Source: a virus (taxonomy: Duplodnaviria; Heunggongvirae; Uroviricota; Caudoviricetes). From it: a stretch of 64,000 nt of DNA. Below are positions 1 through 7,997 of the stretch, in pieces. Both the position numbers and the translations under genes were made by a program. How positions within the stretch are numbered: position 1 is the stretch's first letter; each line of letters begins with the position of its first letter. The stretch lies in IMG/VR virus record IMGVR_UViG_2654587772_000002, one strand, 5' to 3'. The notes below the pieces were generated by a model. It had not been told where the DNA came from and ran no database searches. It worked only from the letters and a program-made list of their open reading frames with translations.

Positions 1-1023
1 TGCCTTACCAGGTCTACCGCATCTTTCAATGCCGCCAGCGCCTTTTTATCGAGGCTATCCGCTGTCTCAATGCCATCAACAATAGTTGTCACAGCCTGCT
101 TGTGCGCTTCTCCTGATAAAGCCTGCATCTGGACAAAATCATTGGCTGCCGCATTAAGCGCCGTCAGAACATTACGCATATCCGGATCAGGTTCTTCTGC
201 AACCATCCTTACCAGGCGCGCATCCTTATATGCCTTGGCAAAGATCGCGTTTTGTATACGGTCTACAAGTTGCCGCGTTGGTCGCCCATCTTCCGTTACA
301 AGGCCAGCAGCCTGTGTGGCACCAACTTGCGTCATGAATCCGCGAATAAACGCGTCATTACTGCGGCTAAGCAGATCTCCACTTTCTGACGGGTTAAACA
401 ACGCCATCATCGCCGGTGTTATGCTGTCGGCATCAACAAAAGCCTTTTCACTGGCTGCCATTTCCTGGAGATCAGAAATATTTGAGTCCTTGGCAAACTG
501 AACACGGTCAGCCTTCGTTAACCGGCGGCGCACCAGTACCGGAGCCGTCATTGATTCAACCTTTTCAGGCCGTATGCCGAATTCGGTCGCATGTTCAATC
601 AGGTACTCCCGATACCGATCCGCATTACCGTCCTGATAGGCTTTAATGATCCCCATGGTCCGCCCATTACCTGACTCAACGGCATTGTCCTCACCAATTA
701 TTGGCGCGCCATGGCTGGATAAACCGGAATCGGTAAGCTGGGCAGGACGCAAATCCTTGGATATCTGGTTGACCTGAAGAAGGCTGGATGCGCGGGTCCG
801 GTCGCGCGGCTGAAGTTCCTGGGGATAGTCTGGATTAATTTTCCCATCCAGAGTATTGGATACCAAAAGAACTGAGGCATCGACGATATCAAACGCTGTT
901 TTTACCTCGTCTCCCTTCGCTGTCACCACATACGAAACCCGCCCGTAATCGGGCAGGTTTTTTAGCAGCTCGATCAGCGTTTCTATGCTGGTGGCCATCA
1001 CCACCTGATCGCTTAAGCTCATC
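1..1023 (-). CDS. Hypothetical protein, N-terminal 341 codons only (gene runs off the window start); possibly a P1 DdrB-like virion protein
   Basis: My own minus-strand translation from an ATG at 1021-1023 appears open to position 1. It is not in the ORF track, which seems to list only complete ORFs. It lies directly downstream of the 121-aa gene. Product assignment is speculative. Confidence 0.4.
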
Positions 1024-1034
1024 CCTGTTACGCC

Positions 1035-1400
1035 TTATGCTGCCTCTTTAATGTTGGCGGCTATCCATGCCGCCGTGTGCTGTTTAACCTGGTCCAGATC
1101 GATGTATGTGCCAACATATTGACTCAAGTCCTGCAACGTACCGATAAATGCATCGGTGCTCTGATCGACGAATTTATCAGCCAGGAAATCAGCAACCAGT
1201 TTTGGCACACCATCATGTACCGAAGGTTGTTTTTCCTCGCCACTACCGCCGCCGGACGCGCCGTACCCCATCTGTTGCATGATCTGGTCAATTTCATCGC
1301 TGATATCCAGCAACTCCATGCCACTCGCGGTAGCCGCTTTGGACATCAGAGCATCCAACTTATCGCTGAGATCCATTAACTCAATAGCTGATAGTGTCAT
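1035..1400 (-). CDS. Small acidic hypothetical protein (121 aa); possibly DdrA-like
   Basis: ORF track. Overlaps the upstream 639-aa gene by 4 nt, suggesting operon coupling. No recognisable motif. Confidence 0.55.
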   Translation of the reverse strand: MTLSAIELMDLSDKLDALMSKAATASGMELLDISDEIDQIMQQMGYGASGGGSGEEKQPSVHDGVPKLVADFLADKFVDQSTDAFIGTLQDLSQYVGTYIDLDQVKQHTAAWIAANIKEAA

Positions 1401-3316
1401 GCCGCTACCCCCGCTTTCTGGATTGCTACCAGCAGATCAGCCAGGTGGCGAGCTGCGCCGTTAACCAGCTCTTCGTTTTCCTCAAAACGTCCGGCAGCCT
1501 GAAGGGCTGCAATCGCTTCCCGGACATTGCCCCGGGCGTTACGGATCTCCGCCATGTCAGTGCTTTGTATATCCATCACGTTATTGAGATATTCAATGGC
1601 TTTATTAGCCTCTGCATCTGCTTCGCTAACCGTTTCATCAGGCTGTGCCGGGGCCGGTTCTGGCTGAGTAATCTCACCGACTTCGGCCTGCAATGCATTG
1701 ATCATGCTCTGCACCATTTTCTCGGTGCCAGCGCCCCCAGGAAACGCAATATTGGGGAAAGTTTTTTGAAACTGAGTTTTCAGCATTACGCGGAACTCGT
1801 CTGGTGAGCTGGTGGCCAGCTCCAGAGCTTTTTGTGCATATTTGCCAAACGGACCATTAGTAAGTGTCTTCGCCAGGAAGTCGAAAGAATCCTCGCGAGG
1901 CAATAACTTCAGGTCGTACTCACTCATTTGCTGATCAGAAAGCGGGGTATCGTAAGTAGCAATGCCGTAGCGTGCATATTCATAATACGGGTCACCTTCA
2001 TCAGGGCGCGGCAGAATTGCTTTGTTACCTTCAGGTATTGCGCCAGGGGCCGCCGGACGCATTTGCAGGGCATATCGATATGCACCTACAGAGACTTCTG
2101 GTTCAGGCGAAGAGCTACCGGTATCCTCCGCTGGTTCAGGCTCGACGTTTTCCGGTTTATGTTCTTCTGGTTGGACCAGGTATTCCGATACATTACCCGC
2201 TTTATAGGCTTTAAACAGCTTGCCGATCGCATCTGCCATGTCCACACCCTGTATGGATTTAGCCTTGATCATGTATACGCTGCCATCCGGATCGGTTAAC
2301 TGGATATACCCTTCGCCGCCCCCAATGAATTGCTTCATTGATGCACCATTACTGAGCGTCACTTCCCCGTCCATATGCATACGATTTTTGATACTGGCAA
2401 GGCGATCCGTCAGCGCGCGAGAGTGCCCACCAGTCATCCCCGCTGGAGCAATGGTATCGCGCCCACCAGTGCGATTGAGCTGATCAATCTCCGTCTGCAA
2501 ACGCTCATTCTCTTCATAAAGAGAATCCGCTTCCGATGCAACAGCGTTAATTTTCTGCTCCAGATCTGCCTTCTGCCCTTCTACCGCTGCCACCTGATCC
2601 GCGAGGTCGCTCATGGCATCCTCTTTCTGGTCACTGTCAGCCTGTAGTTGGGTTATTTCATCAACAAGGGCTTTTTTCTTCTTCTGCGCACGCTGGAATT
2701 TTGCCGAGTTTTTCTCTGCAAGGTTGGCAAGTTTCATGGTGACCTGCGCCAGCGTCATATCACGTCCACTCATCGGAGCAACGGTGTGAGTAACGTCTTT
2801 TTTATTCAGTAAGAACTGGAAAGCAACCAGCGTATCGCTATTGGTGATCCGGTTTTCCGCTGTCGGGCTATGAAACAGAATGCTGATAGTCTGACCATCA
2901 CTGAGCGGAATAATGGCTGGCAGGACTGGCAGCCCGTTAACGTTACGTGCCCGGCCAATTTCAGCGCCGCCGATCGCGCGCGCGCCGCTCTGGGCCACAT
3001 CCCCCGTTTTATCACTCCCCGCAGAGATTCCGGTACCATTCAGCTTCTGGTTCAATGCCCGGACAAATGCCTGCATGGTCCGGTGTAACTGCAAACGAGT
3101 AGAACTAATCGCCTCCAATAAATCCGTAGCACACCAGTGGATCGGCGTGTCATAGAAGAACGTTGCCTCGATTTCCTCCAGGGTGTTGGATTCCGTCATC
3201 AGATAGCGGTCCTGACCAGCCATTAATGCGCGATATTCATCATCAGTCACCGGCGGGGGAAGCACGTCAAGCCCCGGCTTAATCGTCACCCCTTTATTGA
3301 TATTGAACTGTTCCAT
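1397..3316 (-). CDS. Large acidic coiled-coil protein (639 aa); possibly DarA-like virion antirestriction protein
   Basis: ORF track. Central coiled-coil with Q/E/K-rich heptads and acidic low-complexity segments. Shares a conserved block (TL..V......KNSAKFQ) with the adjacent 203-aa protein. Size and operon position match what I recall of P1 DarA; unverified. Confidence 0.6.
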   Translation of the reverse strand: MEQFNINKGVTIKPGLDVLPPPVTDDEYRALMAGQDRYLMTESNTLEEIEATFFYDTPIHWCATDLLEAISSTRLQLHRTMQAFVRALNQKLNGTGISAGSDKTGDVAQSGARAIGGAEIGRARNVNGLPVLPAIIPLSDGQTISILFHSPTAENRITNSDTLVAFQFLLNKKDVTHTVAPMSGRDMTLAQVTMKLANLAEKNSAKFQRAQKKKKALVDEITQLQADSDQKEDAMSDLADQVAAVEGQKADLEQKINAVASEADSLYEENERLQTEIDQLNRTGGRDTIAPAGMTGGHSRALTDRLASIKNRMHMDGEVTLSNGASMKQFIGGGEGYIQLTDPDGSVYMIKAKSIQGVDMADAIGKLFKAYKAGNVSEYLVQPEEHKPENVEPEPAEDTGSSSPEPEVSVGAYRYALQMRPAAPGAIPEGNKAILPRPDEGDPYYEYARYGIATYDTPLSDQQMSEYDLKLLPREDSFDFLAKTLTNGPFGKYAQKALELATSSPDEFRVMLKTQFQKTFPNIAFPGGAGTEKMVQSMINALQAEVGEITQPEPAPAQPDETVSEADAEANKAIEYLNNVMDIQSTDMAEIRNARGNVREAIAALQAAGRFEENEELVNGAARHLADLLVAIQKAGVAA

Positions 3317-3317
3317 G

Positions 3318-3929
3318 TTAATTTCCTGCTTTCAGTTGCTTAAGACGGCGTTTGAGTTCGCCATTCCGTGCCTTTTCGTTATTGAGTCGGCCCGTCTCCT
3401 TATCCAACTTCGCCCGCAAATCTGTGATCTGCTGTTGATTGAAAGACACCGAATTCTGCGCGGACTTATAAGCGGCAACCACCTGAGCATTCCGCTGTTT
3501 TGCTTCTTGCAGGCGCTGAAAGTTGGATTTAACTGCCGGTTTCTTGTCTACCGGATTGGCAACACGCTTCGCTTTGGCGATCAGTGATTTCTGGAATTTC
3601 GCAGAGTTTTTGCGGGCCGCTTGCCCCATGACGGTACCAAGCGTCTTGATATCTGGCGACTGTGCGTTAGGAATAGATTTTCCATTCAGTTTCACAGCCG
3701 ATATATCACCAGTATCGTTTACCTGTATGGCAAGAATTTGTCCGTCGTTAAGAACCAGTTTTGCGGTTTTAACTTTAACGCCATCTTTCGTTGTTGCGCG
3801 GTTGCTGGAGTCAACCTCAATTACCGTAACACCGGTTTTATTGATCGCCGCGATAAGGGATTTCAGCCCCTTTTCATTAACCTGGTCAAAATCGACCGTT
3901 GCATACTTATTTTTCGTCATCTGACACAT
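3318..3929 (-). CDS. Hdf-like protein (203 aa), homologous over about 60 aa to part of the downstream 639-aa protein
   Basis: ORF track. Shared motif ..DGQ.L.I.....NSAKFQ followed by a basic coiled-coil tail in both proteins. Confidence 0.6.
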   Translation of the reverse strand: MCQMTKNKYATVDFDQVNEKGLKSLIAAINKTGVTVIEVDSSNRATTKDGVKVKTAKLVLNDGQILAIQVNDTGDISAVKLNGKSIPNAQSPDIKTLGTVMGQAARKNSAKFQKSLIAKAKRVANPVDKKPAVKSNFQRLQEAKQRNAQVVAAYKSAQNSVSFNQQQITDLRAKLDKETGRLNNEKARNGELKRRLKQLKAGN

Positions 3930-4350
3930 CCTGTGCGAGATTTATTACGTAACTTCTGCGGATTTGCTGAGTAACAGGGAAAATCCGATACAACGGGTTA
4001 ATGAACGAGTCGCCATGCGTAACCATGACGTTGAAATGCCACAGTCGCTCTCCTTTACCCATATATTCAGTGGGTATGTACAACCATTCACTGTTTTCGC
4101 CCTGTTCAGCCGACGTCAGACAACGTTGTTCGCCTTCAATCACTGTCGTCGGCTTCTGAACATCGCGGATCCAATATCTGACCGTTGCGCCGCGCAAAAA
4201 CGGGAATTTAGACCGGTATTTGAACGGCACCCGAATGAAACCCGGTTTAATTTCCACATCACCAAGTTCTAAATGCGTGATGTCCTTGCGTTTTAGCAAA
4301 TAGCGATCGGCTAAGGCTAACGCAAGAACGCATACACCCCAGCCAATCAT
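3907..4350 (-). CDS. Membrane-anchored protein (147 aa), putative LydB-like antiholin
   Basis: ORF track. Single N-terminal hydrophobic helix (IGWGVCVLALALA). Overlaps the upstream holin-like gene by 4 nt. Size matches recalled P1 LydB. Confidence 0.5.
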   Translation of the reverse strand: MIGWGVCVLALALADRYLLKRKDITHLELGDVEIKPGFIRVPFKYRSKFPFLRGATVRYWIRDVQKPTTVIEGEQRCLTSAEQGENSEWLYIPTEYMGKGERLWHFNVMVTHGDSFINPLYRIFPVTQQIRRSYVINLAQDVSDDEK

Positions 4351-4676
4351 TTCCCACCTCCCTTTTTCACCAAACTTGTAAGAACATTCAGAATGCTATC
4401 GATATTCACTCGTTTCATCCCTGAAATCACCTCATGACCGTTATTGCTGGCTATCGTTACCATTAAGTACGTAATTGATAACTCCCAGCCTTCGTGTTGC
4501 CCCAATAGGTACGCCACCGCGCCAGCTGTCACTGCAACAAAGATCTCCGTAACCAATCCCAACAAGTTGCCAGACTGGCGACCATCTCGGACATCCATCA
4601 GGAACGTGCCTATCCCACCAATTACTGAAAGCAGGAGCGCAATAGCAACTGGAGCTAATTCCTGTGTGTCAAGCAC
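4347..4676 (-). CDS. Small membrane protein with 2-3 TM helices (109 aa), holin-like (LydA-like)
   Basis: ORF track. Hydrophobic segments APVAIALLLSVIGGIGTFL, EIFVAVTAGAVAYLLG and ITYLMVTIA, with a charged C-terminal tail. Confidence 0.55.
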   Translation of the reverse strand: MLDTQELAPVAIALLLSVIGGIGTFLMDVRDGRQSGNLLGLVTEIFVAVTAGAVAYLLGQHEGWELSITYLMVTIASNNGHEVISGMKRVNIDSILNVLTSLVKKGGGK

Positions 4677-4778
4677 AAGTTCCCTCCTACGTTGTCAGGA
4701 GGTAATGGTATGCAAAGTAACTTCTCAACCGGTCATGTTACTTGACATCCTCCACGTCCTTTAGAGCGTGGAGGATGT

Positions 4779-5650
4779 GTGCGCCCAGCATGGGCGCGAT
4801 CTTGGAGGTGAAAGCCCTCCCGCGAGCTGACCACAGCGAGCGAAAGGAAGTGCAACTGCGTGAGGGCGGCTAGGCGTGGGGAGGAAGCACGGAATGAACC
4901 CGTGAGCCGATGAACAAGAATCGGATATGAGGCGCGATGGAGCAAGGCGAGCAGGCACATCACTGCGAAGCTTTCGTGACAAAGTCGCGTAGATCCGACG
5001 GTTGTGCGGGGAAGGATCGCGTTCTTACCTGGGGAGTTCTCGCCTCATGCCTGAAAGGGCAACGTCGTAAGACGGAGCGAGAAGTCAGCAGAGGCCGTAG
5101 TAGTCAGGACTCCGACGAAGGGCCGAACGAGAAGGAAAGCCAAAAGATATGACTCTTGACAGGACATTGCGTCAGAAGCCGGGGAAGCCCGGTACGGACC
5201 CGCATGCCGGGTGGTGTGGCAGGGGCGCAGCCTTGTGCTCCCCCCTATGCCGATCAAGCAGAACATTGTGCTGGGCCTCTGACGCATCTCCTTGATGGTC
5301 TTGGCATCGTGCTTAAGTGGATTGGTGTCGTCTCTGATAGGCTCATGGAGGCAGAATGAAACTCAAAAATCCGGGACAGCACGCAAAACAGGCTGCACAA
5401 AAAGCGCAGGTTGCGTAGGAGTGGAATCCCGCTCCCAAAAAATGGTGCAGAAGTTGCGGCAGTGGTCATCCGACGCACTGGAAAATAACAAACCCGCCGT
5501 GACCAGAATCGGAGGCCTGAGGGAGTGACCGTAAAACCGGATAACCCAGGCAGCAAATACCCGCTGGATGAGGCATGGTTCCGGCAGATAATACCGAAAA
5601 CCGCCAGACACACTGGATAATCAGTAGAAATAACCCATTAAAATCATTAT
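4779..5650 (+). mobile_element. GC-rich non-coding region with a group II intron-like 5' end (GUGCG plus first stem); possibly an ORF-less or degenerate intron; 3' boundary unknown
   Basis: GTGCGCCCAGCATGGGCGCG at about 4779 resembles the canonical group II 5' end and first domain I hairpin. An 8-bp hairpin (CCTCCACG...CGTGGAGG) lies just upstream. No long ORF on either strand and no reverse transcriptase. I could not identify a canonical domain V by eye. Confidence 0.3.
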
Positions 5651-5674
5651 AATAATTGGGCACATTATTATATT

Positions 5675-6238
5675 ATGCTGAATAATAGAGACATGAATAT
5701 TAATGAACTTAAAGACTGTATTCACTATGAAGTAATCGGTAGCGAGCGTCCTTTCTCCTGGCGAAAGGCAATTGTTCGCGCAATAAAACATAGAAGAGTT
5801 CGTTATTTATTTTGGTGGCGCATAGCCAAATACCTTTTTGATAAAGGCGGATACTGTCGGAAGATTGCGGGGAAAATGGAACGTTTCATTCTTGATAAAT
5901 ATAGTGTAACAGTCCCTTTAACTGTAAATATAGGGAAAGGCTTTGATATTTCTTATCTCAACGGTGTTGTTATCGGTCACAAAGTAACCATTGGTGAAAA
6001 TTGTTCAATAAAACCAGGGGTAACTATTGGGCTACGTGGTGATTTTAATGATATGGATATTGTTATAGGACATAATGTGACCATTGGTTGTAATGCCACC
6101 ATTCTTGGTGGCAAAGTGCGTATAGGAAACAATGTCACAATAGGTGCTCATGCATTGGTATTGCATGATATTCCTGATGATTCAACATTCATCACTAAAT
6201 TTCAGTCTGAAGTTATCTGCTCGTCCTCTTGCACATAA
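5675..6238 (+). CDS. Hexapeptide-repeat acetyltransferase, serine O-acetyltransferase (CysE)-like
   Basis: Tandem [LIV]-G-x-x-x-x hexapeptide repeats ([21 protein letters not shown]...[32 protein letters not shown]) after a CysE-like N-terminal helical segment. AT-rich, and on the opposite strand to the flanking phage genes. Confidence 0.8.
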   Translation: MLNNRDMNINELKDCIHYEVIGSERPFSWRKAIVRAIKHRRVRYLFWWRIAKYLFDKGGYCRKIAGKMERFILDKYSVTVPLTVNIGKGFDISYLNGVVIGHKVTIGENCSIKPGVTIGLRGDFNDMDIVIGHNVTIGCNATILGGKVRIGNNVTIGAHALVLHDIPDDSTFITKFQSEVICSSSCT

Positions 6239-6819
6239 CCCTGATTCATCAGCTCTGGCCATACGATATCCGGAGCTGTACTGGTGTCAATTCGACTCAC
6301 TAATACTCTGTATTTTCTCCAGGAATCCAGTTGTGAATTTTCCTCGGTTGTTGCTATTTCAAGATTAACTGCATCCTGCAGAATTGCGATGTTATCTGTT
6401 GCCTCCTGAATCAACCTTGCCTTTTTCTCTTCCGCTTCCCGTATCCGAAACAGTTTTTCTGCTTCCTCATCCTTCACCCAGGATACGCCGTCCCACTTCT
6501 GATACTCCCCTGCTGGCGACAACCAGGTGACATTCTCTGGTAACGGTCCGAGTTCAGAAATAAACAACGCGTCCCCCGATGCCACGTCATAGACCGTTTT
6601 ACCACGATGGTCTTCAACAATAATCCATGATTCATTTTCACTGTTAAAAACTGCCACAAAGCCAGCAGGAATTTCCGGTGGGGCGATATCTGTAGAATTA
6701 GCTGGTAGCCCTGTATGAGGTGGAATATATGCGTCACCTTCACCAATAAACTCATTAGTTCCGGCGAGCAGGTTATAAATTTTTACAGTACGTGATTGTT
6801 CACTCATTCTGAATGCCAT
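6202..6819 (-). CDS. tfa: Tail fibre assembly protein (Tfa/gpU family)
   Basis: N-terminus [54 protein letters not shown] is typical of the enterobacterial Tfa family. Sits immediately downstream of the tail fibre gene. Confidence 0.85.
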   Translation of the reverse strand: MAFRMSEQSRTVKIYNLLAGTNEFIGEGDAYIPPHTGLPANSTDIAPPEIPAGFVAVFNSENESWIIVEDHRGKTVYDVASGDALFISELGPLPENVTWLSPAGEYQKWDGVSWVKDEEAEKLFRIREAEEKKARLIQEATDNIAILQDAVNLEIATTEENSQLDSWRKYRVLVSRIDTSTAPDIVWPELMNQGYVQEDEQITSD

Positions 6820-7709
6820 TATGCAAGCCTCACAATATAATTAAATGCGATGTTTTTAACGGTGTTTTCCGAGTTACCAGCAGCGTTAACGGTGATGGTG
6901 TGTCCATGTGAACCAATCGCAACAGAGTGCGTATGAGCGCCAATATCAACTGTATGTGCATGCGCCCCTGCACTTGCAGCGGTGCCTGATACTGAGTGGG
7001 TGTGTGCACCAGAAGAAGGCACAGTTCCATTCCCCACCACAGTGCCGCTTGATGAGCCATCAAGCCAGTCGAAATTCATACCGCCACCATCTGGTCTCCT
7101 TAATGGAACGGTATGAGTATGTGCGCCAGCACTATTTGCAGTACCAGATACATTGTGGGTATGTGCACCTGTGTTATTCGTTGATTTAGTACCGTAATCA
7201 AACGAAGATGTGGTTTTCGTACCCAAATCCGTATTGGATGCGCTGGCGCTGTGGGTGTGCGATTTAATGCCATCCTGTTCCAGAGACAATACGTCCCGAC
7301 CACTGGCGGGTTTGCCCTTGATTGTCCAGCCACGCATATCCGGGATCACGCCTGACGGATAAGCGGCTGCAAGTTTCGGGTATGCAGATTTGTCAAAAGT
7401 CTGTCCCTGCATCAGGGCGTAACCAGACGGCACAGTATCTGATGGCCACGGATGCGGAACACCAACAGGAAGGACCTCAATATCCCCGGAACCATCAAAC
7501 GAAACGTTATTAATTTTACGGGCTGTTTTCAGCTTTGTAGCCGTTGAGGCATTGCCGGACAGCTCACCAGAAATGCCACCAACAACTGTTAGATCACCAG
7601 TTATTGTGCCGCCTGAACTTTCCAGTTTTTTAGCAACATCACTCTTAATAGAGTCGATTTCTTTTTTCAGATTAGTTATATCTGCTGGTATCGTTGTCAC
7701 TGTTGCCAT
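6819..7709 (-). CDS. Tail fibre distal (receptor-binding) module with HxH/GAHTH repeats
   Basis: Carries the junction motif [26 protein letters not shown], then [32 protein letters not shown], repeated GAHTH(S/T)V motifs and the C-terminal [11 protein letters not shown] typical of side tail fibre tips. Confidence 0.8.
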   Translation of the reverse strand: MATVTTIPADITNLKKEIDSIKSDVAKKLESSGGTITGDLTVVGGISGELSGNASTATKLKTARKINNVSFDGSGDIEVLPVGVPHPWPSDTVPSGYALMQGQTFDKSAYPKLAAAYPSGVIPDMRGWTIKGKPASGRDVLSLEQDGIKSHTHSASASNTDLGTKTTSSFDYGTKSTNNTGAHTHNVSGTANSAGAHTHTVPLRRPDGGGMNFDWLDGSSSGTVVGNGTVPSSGAHTHSVSGTAASAGAHAHTVDIGAHTHSVAIGSHGHTITVNAAGNSENTVKNIAFNYIVRLA

Positions 7710-7718
7710 ATTAATTCC

Positions 7719-7997
7719 TTACGCCCATTCCCGCAGCGGTTGTTCTAATTGAACTTCAAAACCATCAAACATTTGTTGTTTCAAACTGTTGTTTAAAATA
7801 CGAACATTAACGAAGAAGCCATCATTTTTAATCACTGTTGGTTCTTCGTTCTCGCCGTTTGGTATTTCGGTATATGTAACACCTACAACATCAAGAAGAA
7901 TGTTGTTTTGCAGCTCTTCATTATCGTGCCAGGATATACTCTCTAAAAAAGAGTCGTATTCTGCCCTGTCTCTGAATTTCAACGTGATATCTTTCAT
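7719..7997 (-). CDS. Hypothetical protein (92 aa) between the tail fibre genes
   Basis: ORF track only. Acidic, no motif recognised. Abuts the stop of the long fibre gene. Confidence 0.4.
   Translation of the reverse strand: MKDITLKFRDRAEYDSFLESISWHDNEELQNNILLDVVGVTYTEIPNGENEEPTVIKNDGFFVNVRILNNSLKQQMFDGFEVQLEQPLREWA

Noticed and set aside
70-646. Plus-strand ORFs of 143 aa and 76 aa at the left edge
   Set aside because: They lie antisense to a longer, better-supported minus-strand open frame that runs off the window. Their composition is low-complexity (Ser/Ala/Arg-rich).
4937-5613. Short ORFs on both strands inside the GC-rich stretch at 4.8-5.6 kb
   Set aside because: They overlap one another in all frames, lack RBSs and are Arg/Gly/Pro-rich, which is typical of non-coding GC-rich structured sequence. 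The region is treated as RNA or intron-like instead.
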